The notes under the pieces: model-generated | The model's input: the letters and a program-made list of their open reading frames with translations, nothing else | Database searches by the model: none | What the model was told of the DNA's origin: nothing | Position numbers and translations under genes: made by a program | Assembly: GCA_963575745.1 (NCBI GenBank) | Contig: CAUYUJ010000053.1 | Coordinates: 62,001-118,929 of the forward strand | From: Prorocentrum cordatum | Taxonomy: Eukaryota | DNA length: 56,929 bases | Direction: 5' to 3' | In this document: positions 36,707 to 48,856 of the stretch, one piece after another | How the letters are laid out: the number at the start of each line of letters is the position of its first letter | How positions within the stretch are numbered: position 1 is the first letter of the stretch

Positions 36707-37672
36707 GTTGCACCGACCTCCAATCAGTCTGCAGCAAGAGCAGCCGAAAGATGCGCGCGGCGTCCAGGCGAGAGCTCCGTGTGGACCGCCGGCCCTCGGC
36801 ATCCTGGAGCTGCTGCGCGCTTCTGAATTCGGGCGTGCGCGGCGCGCGGGCGAGAGCCGCATTTTGCAGACGCCCCGCAGCCGCTGCAGACGTCTCGAGC
36901 GACTGTGTGCGGCGATCGGGCGAGAGCCACATGTTGACAACGAGCCGGCCTCCATGCTCGAAGCCGGTGCGCGTTTTCTTCTTGGGGACGCAGGCGCGGC
37001 TCAGGCGCGGGCCAGGAACCCCCCCCCCTCCAGGAGCTGCTGCGAGCTTTTTAAAAGACGAGCGTGTGCGCGGCTCTCAGGAGAGAGCCACGTGTTGACA
37101 GACACCCCCCCTGCACCACAAAAGAAACTGCTCCAGAGTTGAACATGCGTGTTTGCGGCGCTAGCGCGAGATCCATATGCCGAAAACGACCCCCCTCCAT
37201 GCTTCAGGCTGTTCCAGCTTTCAGGTGTCAGTGTCAGACGCAGTGCCGCCTGCGTCGTTTTTTTGGGGGGGCCTGGGTGGACACGTTAGCGCTAACACAC
37301 GTTGTGAGGATTATCGGCAGACGTCTGCGACCGAGGACTGCGGACATTTGCGCGTAGGCTGCCCGTGTAAGGTCTTGCGCAAGCGCCCTCGTTTCCAATG
37401 TGGCGTGCCGCGCTGGCTGTCCACGTAAGCCACCGCCTAAGGTCGCTTCAGTCGAAAACGATAGTAAGGATCGGTAACCTTCCCAAATGTGACTCTTGCA
37501 TCCTTGCCTCTTCGGTCCACCCGTAACCGCTCTCGATGGCCAGCCCCGTTCGAAGAGCTTCGACGTGTGCGTCCGAGGGGCCTGCATCCGAATCGCGCAT
37601 CCTTGCCATCAGTTCTGACTGCCAGCCATCCGTCGTAAGACCCGCCCATGTTCGTCGCTCAGATGCCTGGGA

Positions 37673-37832
37673 TTAAGTCGGGCATGTCCCTTTACAGGAG
37701 GGTTATTCCAAAATCGTCAAAACATAGTCTGGGGACCTCTTTCGACCATTGTTGACTGTTTTGAGGTACATCTTTTGACCATATTTTATGTTCCTTCCCA
37801 AGTCCGCCTGTAGGAGGGCATGCCCGACCGAA
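37673..37832. mobile_element. Family B copy
   Basis: Perfect 8-bp TSD GCCTGGGA. Confidence 0.9.
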
Positions 37833-38249
37833 GCCTGGGACCGATGACCGCGTCTCGGGGCTCCCCGGGGAGCACAGGTGGTGGACTGCCGCGACCCCAC
37901 GCCGACGCGGCGGGACCCCGCGCCGGCGCGCCGGAACGCCACGCCGCCGCGGCAGCGGGACTTGGCGGCGCCGCGGCGGGACGCGACGCCTCCGCGGAGG
38001 AGCGCCTTCGCAGCCGCGGCAACGAAGCCCGGGTGATCGAGGTGCGGGCAATCTTTACATCCGCATCCGGTGCGTCTTGGGATTTGCTTGGACGGGGCGC
38101 CACAAGGCCGAGGAGCACCGGAGAGGGATAGAGACCGAGCCTCTATCGAGGGCAAACTCATCCACGTCCACTGCGCCTCGGACTTTCCAGGGAAGGGGGC
38201 CCGAAATTTCATACTGCTGCGGATCTGGACAGAAGTATTGCCCGCACGA

Positions 38250-38502
38250 CGGGGGATCGAGTCGGATCGACTCGGCAGGAGGAAGCGTCATGCCCCGCAG
38301 CGCCGTCTGGGCCCCCGAGCGGAGTCACGGCAGCGGTGCCCGGGGATCGAGGGGGGAATCGAATCGATTCGGCAGGAGGAGGCGTCATGCCCCGCAGGCG
38401 CCGTCTGGGCCCCCCGAGCGCCACGCAGCCACGGCAGCGATGCCCGTGATCGAGGGGGGATCGAGTCGGATCGTCATGCCCCGCAGCGCCGTCTGGGGCC
38501 CC
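38250..38502. repeat. ~90-100-bp degenerate tandem repeat (about 2.5 units)
   Basis: CGTCATGCCCCGCAG..GCCGTCTGGG occurs three times. Confidence 0.75.
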
Positions 38503-38993
38503 CTCCTTTTCGGGGGGGCGCAAGGGTGGAGCGTTGCGCTCAAGCATCAGTCAGGGCAACATTTAGGCCCCTGCCCGGCGGAAAACCAAAACCACCCAGG
38601 CCCCAACCTTCACCCTGCGAGGGGGATCGAGGTGTAGTTCGGGGGAGGAGCTGAAGCTGGCTGGGGGCCTTGGGTGGCGCAGCCTTGGCTCTGGCCAGCA
38701 GGCAGGAGGGGGGCGAGGTTCGGGGTTCTGGGTTCGAGCAGGTTTTTGGCCTCCTTCGGCCTCTGGGCGTCGTGTTCGGGTCCCGGGGCTGTGAAAAGCA
38801 GATCGGGGGCAAAATCTGCACCAGACAAACTCCAGGAGGGGTCGCGGGACCGATGTTGAGCAGACTTGGCCTCCTCCCCCCCCCCTGACCGATTTTCTCT
38901 CGGGGCCCAGGCAGCTCGGACCACCTGGCCGCTTCCAGGGGAGGAGGACCTGGACATCCTGGAAGCTGCCCAGTTTCTGTTTTTGTTTTTGTT

Positions 38994-39082
38994 CCCTGGG
39001 GAGGAGCAACAAAACAAACAAACAACAACAGGGGAGGACAGTTTGTTTGTTTGTTTGTTTGTTTTGCTGCTCCTCCCCAGGG
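38994..39082. repeat. Near-perfect hairpin
   Basis: CCCTGGGGAGGAGCAACAAAACAAACA...TGTTTGTTTTGCTGCTCCTCCCCAGGG. Confidence 0.8.
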
Positions 39083-39138
39083 GATGCCCCTTGCGTGGGG
39101 AAGGGGGTCCCGCCGCCGTGGCGGGCCAGGCGGTAGCG

Positions 39139-39408
39139 TGAAGTCGGGCCTGTCCCTCCACAGGAGGAACATTCAAAAATGGTCAAACAAATTATCCGGG
39201 GACAATCTTTCTATCTGATATATATATATATACATGTAGGAGTATTATTATTATTACTATTATTATTATTATTATTCTTATTCGTATTATTATTATTATT
39301 ATTATTATTTATATTTATTTGTTTTATTATCATTATTTTTGGATCACTTTCTTCCGATTTTTAATTGTTCGTCCAAAGTCCGCCTGTAGGAGGACACGCC
39401 CGACCCAA
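39139..39408. mobile_element. Family B copy with internal (TA)/(TTA)n expansion
   Basis: TIRs present; 8-bp TSD CGGTAGCG/CAGTAGCA. Confidence 0.8.
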
Positions 39409-40305
39409 CAGTAGCAGCACGAGCAGTAGCAGGCGCACCGGTCAAGAGGCCACGGCGGCGGCGAGGACGGCGAAGGCCGCCAAGACGGCGACGATAACTG
39501 AGACAACGGCGACGTGCACGACCGACCAAGGCGGCGACGACGACGCTCAGCGGCGGTGACGACGACGACGATGACGACGACGACGACGACGACCAGCGGC
39601 GGTGACGACGACGACGACGACGACAACGAAGACGACGGCGTCGACGACGACGACGAGGACGACGGCAAGGACGACGACGACTGGATGCGACGGCGACGAA
39701 AAAACGCAAAAGCAATGAAGAGCCTGTCTCGTCAGCTGTGGATTAACACTTCTCGTCCCCTGGAAGTAATACCCCGCCCCCCCGACCCCTCACTACATTT
39801 TTCGCTTGTCTCCGTAAATGGCTCAATGGTTTCGACAGTTATCTTTGCCAATTTTGCGCGGTGACGATGTGAACCCAAGGAGAATTCCTCTTCGATGGGA
39901 ACCCTATAAGGATTCTTCTGCCATTCGTCTTACTCCCATCGCCCCCCTGCGGAAATATTCTTCATTTGTTTGGGATGCTAAACGGTTTCGCTCGCCAGTT
40001 CCCTCCCTCGGGAACGAACTGTAAGACCGCTGTCTCGCACGCCGCCAGCTGCCTCCGTCAACGCTGCGTACTTTGATTGCCCTCCGTTTTCGGTTGTGCC
40101 TCCCTCTTGCGTGGACGCTGACGGAATTCCGGAGCGATCTCCATCGCATTGGGGATGCCGCACTCTGCGTGGCGTGGGCACGCGCCGATCTCGGCCGGAT
40201 CCGGGGCCCCGCAGGGGCCACGGACTTTCGTGCTCACAGCTCGTGCCCGTGCGACCCACGCTGGCGTCGGGGATCTGCTCCGAAAGTGGTGTGCTCTTGA
40301 TAGAC

Positions 40306-40647
40306 TTAGGTCTGGCCTGCCCCCCATACGCGCGGATTTCGGAAGAAACATAGGACATGCCCCCAGCATGCTCCGAGTCTGCTCCCACACAGTCGGAGCA
40401 TCGCCCCCGGAACTGTGGCTTGTTTGTTTCTGAGAAGTTCGGGGATGGACAGACCCCCCTTTAGCAAAACGTGGTTTAGTGAAAACGGCCCGAGGCCCAA
40501 ACCTGGCGGGCGCAAGCCTGGAAAATAACGGCCACGGCGCCCTCTCGAGAACCGAAAACGGACAATTCACCAATCGACGTGTCACTGTTGGGGGTTCTGT
40601 CCACCCCCGAATAAAGTGCCCCCTGTAGAGTAACAGGCCCGACTCGA
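40306..40647. mobile_element. Family B copy containing a nested TCGG...CCGA MITE (40439-40610)
   Basis: Degenerate B TIRs with TSD TGATAGAC/TGATGGTC. Inner TIR TCGGGGATGGACAGA...TCTGTCCACCCCCGA. Confidence 0.7.
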
Positions 40648-40952
40648 TGATGGTCAGGCTCGACCTGCCTCGTCCGCCTCCTGCCGCTCCGGGACGTCCG
40701 GCGGCGCGGCCCCCTTTGCGCGGGACGCGCACTTGCTTGGCTGCGGCCGAGGATCCGGCACGGCGCGGCTGCCGACGCGCAGCGTTCGTGCGCATTCTGC
40801 TTGCGCGGCTCAGCACGTGCCTCCGAGCGCCGCGGCGCTGTCCGCGCCGCCCCCCTGGGGGGGCACCACCTGCACGGCGTTCGTTTCCCATTCTTTGTCA
40901 GCTCTTTGCTTTCTCTTGGGGGGCCACGATCCTGTCGCTTCGAGTTGCTCCA

Positions 40953-41200
40953 TCCGGGGAGAGGTGCGCAGAGGCCTCTGGGCTGCCCCTCGCTCAGCTT
41001 CGGATCGGCCCCAAAAAATGCGGGGTGCAGCGACACTGGGGTGGTGCAATACACATGGTTCACGTCTGTTCTTCGAGAGTTCTTTGAGTTGTTGGGGAGC
41101 CAAGATCTTTTCATTTCTAATTGTTCTGTCCTGGGCCTCTTCCTGGCCACTAGGGGGCCAGGAGCACTTCGAAACGAGCACAATGAGAACTGAGCACGGT
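40953..41200 (+). repeat. ~245-bp dispersed repeat, copy 1 (copy 2 at ~44000-44243)
   Basis: Two highly similar direct copies 3 kb apart; no TIR or TSD resolved. Confidence 0.9.
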
Positions 41201-41476
41201 CAGGCATGACCGACGCGTGGTCTGGTGCGGTGCGATGTCATGTCTTGTGCCCGTGGGCCCTCTGCGCGTGCGGCACGGAGCGCCGCAACCCACCCGTTCG
41301 GTACCTGACTGTCTTCTCTCTCGTAGGATTGCGTCGGCCTGCATGCGCGAGGGTTTGCTGACTGCTGTCGCTTGGACCCGACGCGCAGCTCACGCAGCGA
41401 GTGGCCAACGCAACACTGCGGAAACGGAGAGGAACCAAGACGAGAGCGACGGCCACGGCGACGGCGACTGCGATGA

Positions 41477-41508
<32 letters not shown>

Positions 41509-41559
41509 CTAACGATAACGATACCGACGACGACGAGGACGAGGACGAAGACGACGACA

Positions 41560-41603
<44 letters not shown>

Positions 41604-41636
41604 AAGGACGAGGACGAGGACGAGGACGACGACGAG

Positions 41637-41696
<60 letters not shown>

Positions 41697-41744
41697 TTCT
41701 TCCACAGCCCCTGCCCAGAATGCACGCGGCACGGATCCCTGGTA

Positions 41745-41920
41745 CAGTCCAGGCGCTGAAAAAGGAACCCTTTTCGTTGGGGAGGGGCTCCGTGCTCCTT
41801 AGTTGTTTTGCAGTTTGCTTTGGGTTTTCCTTAGGTTTTCCATGGGAAATCGAAGTTCAATGTGTGGAGAAAAGGGGCATCGTTCCTTATTTAGGGTTCC
41901 TTAGGTCAACGCCCCGACTG
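41745..41920 (+). mobile_element. Family T copy 2
   Basis: TA|CAGTC...GACTG; homologous to 7273-7448. Confidence 0.8.
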
Positions 41921-42049
41921 TGAGCTGCCGGGGTTCCTCCCGGGCCATTCTCTCGGAGAGCCGCCGCGCACCCCGTGGCGACGAGCACCCCCAGGGAGCC
42001 CCGACACACAAACGCCTCGGCAGCGACCGCGGCCCTCGCCACGGCGACA

Positions 42050-42356
42050 GCTCCGAGGGCCGCCGAGGATCGCCGCCGAGGGCCGCCGAGGGCCGCCGAA
42101 AGACCTCCGAAGGCCGCCGAGGGCCGCCGAAAGGCCTCCGAGGGCCGCCGAGGGCCGCTGAAAGACCTCTGAGGGCCGCCGAGGGCCGCCGAAAGGCCTC
42201 CGAGGGCCGCCAGAGGCCGCCGAGGACCGCCCCGCCGCCGCGGCGGGACGCCACGCCGCCGCGGCGGGACGCCACGCCGCCGCGGCGGGACGCCACGCCG
42301 CCGCGGGACGCCACGCCGCCGCGGCGGGACGCCACGCCGCCGCGGCGGGACGCCAG
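42050..42356. repeat. 11-bp (GAGGGCCGCC/CGA type) and 21-bp (GCCACGCCGCCGCGGCGGGAC) minisatellites
   Basis: Directly visible. Confidence 0.9.
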
Positions 42357-42438
42357 CAGCCGCAGCGTCACGCCGCAGAGGCGGGCACGCGTCGCTCGCT
42401 CCTGTCAGCGGAGGAAGGCCACCCCGACCCCGATAATT

Positions 42439-42602
42439 TCAGGGGGGGGAGAAACACACCGACACAATGAATCGTCGACTTCCCAGGGAACTATGCGAAA
42501 ATATGGGAAGTGGGGGGGAGGACAGAAACCCAGAATCTGTGGGAAAATATTGGGAATCCTGTTATTTGTGTGTTCTTCTTGGTATGTCCAAAGGCCCCTT
42601 CG
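42439..42602 (+). mobile_element. Family A, copy 6
   Basis: TSD TAATT/TAACT. Confidence 0.8.
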
Positions 42603-44999
42603 TAACTGGCGTTTGCTAGACGGCCCGTGGCGTTTTTCTGAACAGCCCTGCCTTGTGCGATTCCTTCCTTGGGCGCGTCTACGACATGGCTTCGCCTGTC
42701 GGGGTGCTTCTTCTGAGGGTGGACTTGTGGCTCCCTATTCTGCTCGATCCTGACGACAAGTCTTCTGGCTTCTGTTGCATGTGTTGCAACCTTTTTAGGA
42801 GTCTCAGAGGAGGCAGAGGATACCGGTACCCTTACTTTTCCCTCGTCTTCCCCTCTAGGGGCCTCCTGGAAGGCCCTCGTCGCCACTGCTGGATTCGCCT
42901 CGACATTCTGGCCAGGGTGCACCTCAGGAGAGGCCCCGGGAGCTGCGGCATCCGTACCTGTTCGGTTTCCCCAGAATCTGTGAGTCTCGCCTCCTTCTCC
43001 TCCTCCTCCTCCTCCTCCTCCTCCTCCTCCTCCTTCCTCCTCCTCTTCCTCCGCGATGGCTTGAGTCTGATGTCCTGTTCCCGCGCCAGAGTGCGTGCGG
43101 CTTGCGAGGCAGGAGTGGCGCACGAGATCGCCTGCAAGTTTCCCCCCGTCGCGGGCATCATCAGGCCGGACCTCGGCCTTGACTCCCTGCGCGCCCTCTC
43201 CAGGCGTCTGGGAGCGCCCGCATCGCCACGGCCAGGTCCGCTTCGGCACTCTGGCCGGGGCGCGCCCCGGGAGAGTCGGTGGGAAATCGAAGCTGCACTT
43301 ATGGGAGAAAGGGGCCCCGTTCCTTATTTGGGGTTCCTTAGGTCAACGCCCCAACTGTACCTTGGGCCAGGGGCACTTCCAGCAGCACCCGAGCGAGGCC
43401 CCCTGGGGGCCCGCTCTCGCGCAGGCAGCCTGCGCGCGTGCGCGCCGCTCCGAGGATCGAGGGCCGACGGCCCGTGGTCTCTCGTGGTGGCCCGTCTCGG
43501 GGGGGGCCTCCTCCCCCTCCTCCTCCTCTCCTCCTCCTCCTCCTCCTCCTCCTCCTCCTCTCCTCCTCCTCCTCCTCCTCCTCCATCCTCCTCCTCCGCC
43601 CCCTCCTCCCTCCTCCTCCCCCTCCTCCTCCCCTCCTCTCCTCCTCCTCCTCCTCCTCCTCCTCCTCCTCCTCCTCCTTCCTCTCCCCTCCTCCTCCTCC
43701 CTCCTCCTCTTCTCCTCCTCCTCCTTCTCCCCTCCTCCTCCTCCTCCTCCTCCTCCTCCCCCTCCTCCCCTCCTTCCCCCTCCTCTCCCTCCTCCTCCTC
43801 CCTCCTCCTCCTCCTCCTCCTCCTCCTCCTCCTCGTGGTGGCCCGTCTCGGGGGGGGGGGGGGCCGCGATCGGGGGCCCTGCAAGGGGGGCGCGGCCCGC
43901 AGCGAGAGCCGTCGCGAGCGGGTTGGCGGCGGCGCGGGGCCAGGACCCATGGCTGCTTGCTGCGGGGGGGGGGGACCGCCGGAGGCCTCCCGAGGCAGCT
44001 CTGGGGAGAGGTGCGCGGAGGCCTCTGGGCTGCCCCTCGCTCAGCTTCGGGTTGACCCCAGATACGGGGTGCAGCGACACTGGGGTGGTGCCATACACAT
44101 GGTTCATGTCGGTTCTTCGAGAGTTCTTTGAGTTCTTGGGGAGCCAAGATCTTTTCATTTCTAATTGTTCTATCCTGGGCCTCTTCCTGGCCACTAGGGG
44201 GCCAGGAACAATTAGAAACGAACGCAATGAGAAATGAGCACGATTAGAAATGAACGACGTGTAGATTTGGTGCAATAGATGTGTGTGTGTGGACTGCAAT
44301 AAATTTGGGGCGTGCAATACATTCTGGGGCGCAAGTCTATTGCTGGTTTTTTGCGTGCAATGCATTACCTGCAATACAATGCCACACAATTCCCCGGCGC
44401 AGTACATTTGCAATGCAGTTGCCCGAAATCTATGGCACCGCCCCCTCTCAGCTGGACCCCCTTTTGGGTCACCCAAATGGATGCGCGGATGGTCATTCGC
44501 CCTTTCCTTGGCTTGCAGACCCCGTCCTCCGCCCTTTCGCTCCCTCCCCTTCTCCTCCTCCTCCTCCTCCTCCTTCTCCTCCTCCTCCTCGCAGATGCAG
44601 CCGTCCAGGACGCAGGCCCCGAGATGAGAGGTTCCCAACAGTTCCCAAGGAAGACTGCCCATAGAGGCTTCCAAAAGTTCCCCAAGAAAGCCCCCCAAAA
44701 GAACCCCAACATCACGCGCTTGGAAAATATCCATGTGCCCACAAGACTGGCTTTCCATGTCTTAACTGGTTTTTGCCTCTTACGTTGAGGATGGCTGGCT
44801 TTTTTCCCTGCCGGCCCACTTCGCATGGCCCCTTACGGCAACTTGCGCGCGCCCGCTATAGGCCATACCACGAGCATGCATTTGCAGAATTCGAACATAT
44901 GATCTCTGTGTATTTGTTATACGGTTGACAATACTCGCGCGCGCGCGTGGAGAGTTTGGCAAAGTTCACAATTGTTCAAATCGCCATGCCGGCCTTAAA

Positions 45000-46287
45000 A
45001 TTAAAGCTCACCGTTAAAAGTTCACTTGAGTTTCCACGTCAACATGGTGACTTCTCCATTGTTGGTAATACAAAACTTGCCACGCGCGCGCCCGCGCGTG
45101 CGCCCACGCGCGTGCGTGTCATCCGAAATCCCGCTGGTCACCGTTAGAAGCGCACTATAGCTTCCAGGCCAACATGGCAACTCTTCCGCGTTTGAGAATG
45201 TCAGGCAACGCTTGTCAACTTCAAAGTCCGAGTTGTCACCGTTAAGGTGTCATTTTGGTTTCCAAGCCAACTTGGCGAGTTTTCCATTGTGGGCAATACA
45301 AAATTTCCTACTCGCGCGTCCGCGCGCGCGCGCGATCGGGTGGCCCATGCGCGGGCGGGGCCCCGAGGTCCCGCTGGTCACCGTCAAGGGTTCACTTTAG
45401 TTTCCAGGCCAACGTAGCGACTGTTCTCGGTTTGCAGATATGAGAGGACAACGCACGTGAACTTCAAAGTACAATCGATCACCGTTACGGGACCATTTTA
45501 ATTTCCAGGCCAAGATGGCGAGTGTCATATGTTTGAAAATGCCGGGAACGCATGTGGACTTCAAAATCCAATCGGCCACTGTTAAGGTTTCACTTTAGGT
45601 CCCAGACCAACATGGCCGCTTTTTCATTGTGGACAGTACACACTTCGCCACGCGCTCGTCCGCGCGCGCGCTCGCGCGATCGGATGACCAGCGCGCGGGC
45701 GGGTCACCCGAAATCCGGCGGTCGGTCACCGATAAAAAGGTTCATTTCAGTTTCCAGATCACCCTGGCAATTTTGCCATGGTGGTGAGGCAGACTTCCGT
45801 ACGCGCGCGCCCGCGCGCGCGCGCGATCGGGTAACCCACGCGCGGACGGGTCACCCGAAATCCGGTTGGTCACCTTTAAGGGTTCACTTCAGTTTCCACG
45901 CCAACAGATGGTGATCGTGTGACACACGCGCGGGCGTGTGATTCGAAATCCCGCAGGCTACCAGTAAGGGTTCATGTGAGCTCCCACGTCAAAATGGCAG
46001 CTATTCCATTTTTGACAATTTCTGTAGTTGTCCGCATTGAGAATTCGCCATGATGTTTGGGAAACTGAAGTGAACCGGTAATGATGACCAACCGGATTTC
46101 GGGTGACCCGCCCGCGCGTGGGTCACCCGATCGCGCGCGCGGACGCGCGCGCAGGTAATTCTGTATGTCCACAGTGGCAAAATTGCCATGGTTGCTTGGA
46201 AACTGAAGTGAACCCTTCACGGTGACCGACCGGATGTCGGGTGACCCGCCCGCGCGTGGGTCACCCGATCGCGCGCGCGCGGACGCG
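45000..46287. repeat. Higher-order array: ~40-bp core with two alternative linkers and an orientation flip near 46020
   Basis: Core TCACCGTTAAGGGTTCACTTTAGTTTCCAGGCCAACATGGC at 45008, 45138, 45236, 45378, 45479, 45576, 45726, 45870 and 45958; inverted at ~46047 and ~46185. Confidence 0.8.
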
Positions 46288-46329
46288 TGTGGTGGCCACG
46301 AAGCGTCGCAACGTCGATGCGTGTGAGGG

Positions 46330-47350
46330 GTGGACGCATGCGAACCCTGCCGCTGGGGCCTTGGTGGGGCTCCCTATGGGGCCCCAAAGCGTGCGAGGGG
46401 TGTGCCGACATGGGCGGAGGGACGCATGCGAACCCTGCCCTTGGGACCTTCGGTGGAGCTCCTCATGGGGCCACGAAGCATGTTAGGGGTTCGCCGACAT
46501 GGGCGGGGAAACGCATGCGAACCCTGCCACTGGGGCCTTCGGCGGAGCTCCTGGTAGGGCCACGAAACGTGTGAGGGGTGTGCCGAAACGGGAGCGCATG
46601 CGAACCTTGCCGTTGGGGCCTTCGGTGGAGTTCCCCATGGGGCCACGAAACGTGTGACGGGTGCGCCGGAATGGGCGGGGGGACGCGTGCGAACCCTGCC
46701 ACTGGGGCCTTCGGCGGAGCTCCCTATGGGGCCAAGGGGCGTGTGAGGGGTGTGCCGAAACTGGCGGGGGGACGCATGCGAACCCTGCCACCAGGGCCTT
46801 CGGTGGAGCTCCTAGTGGGGCCACGAAGCGTGTGAGGGGTGTGCAGAAATGGGCGGGGTTGACGCATGCTAACCGCTGCCACTGGGGCCTTCGGCGGAGC
46901 TCCATATGGGGCCCCGAAGCGTGTGAGGGGTGTGCCGAAATGGGCGGGGGGACGCATGCGAAGCGCTGCCATTGGGGCCTTCGGTGGAGCCCATTATGGG
47001 GCCACGAAGCGTGTGAGGGGTGTGCCGAAATGGGCGGGGGGACGCATGTGAACATTGCCACTGGGGCCTTCTGCGGAGCTCCCTATGGAGCCACGAAGCG
47101 TGTGAGGGGTGTGCCGACACTGGCGGGGGGACGCATGCGAACCCTGCCACCGTGGCCTTCGGTGAAGGTCCTTATGGGGCTACGAAGCATGTGAGGGGTA
47201 TGCCGAAATTGGCGGGGTTGACGCATGCTAACCGCTGCCGGTGGGGCCACGGTGTGTCTCCCTATGGGGCCACGAGCCGTGTGAGGGGTGTGCAGACATG
47301 GGCGGGGGGACGCATGCGAACCCTGCCGCTGGGGCCTTCGGTGGAGCTCC
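46330..47350 (+). repeat. 89-bp satellite array (~11 units, diverged), opposite orientation to 10293-11040
   Basis: GACGCATGCGAACCCTGCCACTGGGGCCTTCGGTGGAGCTCC recurs with period ~89. Confidence 0.93.
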
Positions 47351-47407
47351 GTGTAGAGCTTTTTCCCGTGGGTTCCAGTTGCTGTGGCAGTTGCAGTTGC
47401 AGTTGCG

Positions 47408-48272
47408 GGAGGAGGAGGAGGAGGAGGAGGAGGAGGAGGAGGAGGAGGAGGGAGGAGGAGGAGGAGGAGGATGAGGAGGAGGAGGAGGAGGAGGGAGGAG
47501 GAGGAGCGTGGAGGAGGGGAGGAGGAGGGGAAGGAGGAGGGGAGAGGAGCGAGGAGGAGAGGAGGAGGAGGAGGAGGAGGAGGGAGGAGGAGGACGAAGA
47601 AGAGCAGCCGTTGCAGTTGCAACAGGAGGAAGAGGACGAGGACGAGGAGGAGGAGGAGGTTGACGAGGAGGAGGAGGAGGAGGAGGAGGAGGAGGGGGAG
47701 AATTGGGGGGAGGAGGAGGAGGAGGAGGAGGAGGAGGAGGAGGAGGAGGAGGAGGAGGAGGAGGAGGAGGAGGAGTCGCATGAGGAGGAGGAGGAGGAGT
47801 CGGATGAGGAGGAGGAGGAGGCGGATGATGATGAGGAGGAGGAGGCGGAGATGGAGGAGGAGGAAGAAGAGGAGGAGGAAAAAGAGGAATACAAAGAGGA
47901 CTAATACTAAGAATAATAAGACGACGAATAATAAGAAGACGATTACTAATAATACTAATATACCAATAATGACAACAATATTATTAATATTAATAATAAG
48001 AAGAATACGAATAATAATACGACGAAGACGAATACGACACCTACTAATCATAATATTAAGACGAAGAAGAATACTACGATTACTACGAAGAAGCATACTA
48101 CGACTAACACTAATAGTACTATTACGACGAATGCAAAGAACAATAAGAAACACAATGCTACTAATAAGAAGAATAATAAGAACACTAATAATCGTACGAA
48201 GAAGAATTATACGAATACGACGAATAATAAGAAACATACTCGTATTAATATCAGTACTACTACTACCACTAG

Positions 48273-48307
<35 letters not shown>

Positions 48308-48816
48308 ATACTACTACTACTAATAATAATAATACTACTAATAATAATAAGAATGATAATAATAATAGTAATAATAATAGTATTAATACTGATAATACTA
48401 ATAATAATACTAACGATGCTAATGATAATAATAATAATGCTAATGATAAAATAATAATACTAATAATGATAAAACGGATAATGATAATGCTACTACTACT
48501 ATTACTAATACTAATAATACTATTAATATTAATAACAATGACAATACTACTACTATTAATATTAATAGTAAGACTAATACTATTAATAATAATACTACTA
48601 CTAATAATACTACTAATACTATTAATAATAATAACAATGATAATACTAATAATAATACTAATAATAATGGTAGTAATAATAATACTAATACTAATACTAT
48701 TAATAATACCAATAATAATACTACTTACAATAATAATACTACTATTAGTAGTAATAATAATAACAGTAATCATAGTAAGAATATAATAATACTACTAATA
48801 CTACTATTAATACTAC

Positions 48817-48856
<40 letters not shown>

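Noticed and set aside
41739..43365. Composite transposon bounded by family T ends (CCCTGG/CCTTGG flanks)
   Set aside because: The right flank is the end of a family I element, and family T uses a TA TSD.
40953..44243. Two 245-bp direct repeats as LTRs of one element
   Set aside because: No TG..CA ends, PBS, PPT or flanking TSD could be resolved, and the interior is unrelated repeats.
44270..44430. Cys-rich peptide (CVDCNKFGACN...CVQCITCN)
   Set aside because: It arises from repeated TGCAATA/TGCAATG motifs, with no convincing domain.
45000..46287. CRISPR-like repeat-spacer appearance
   Set aside because: The cores are degenerate, the linkers belong to two repeated classes and are too long, there are no cas genes, and the context is eukaryotic.
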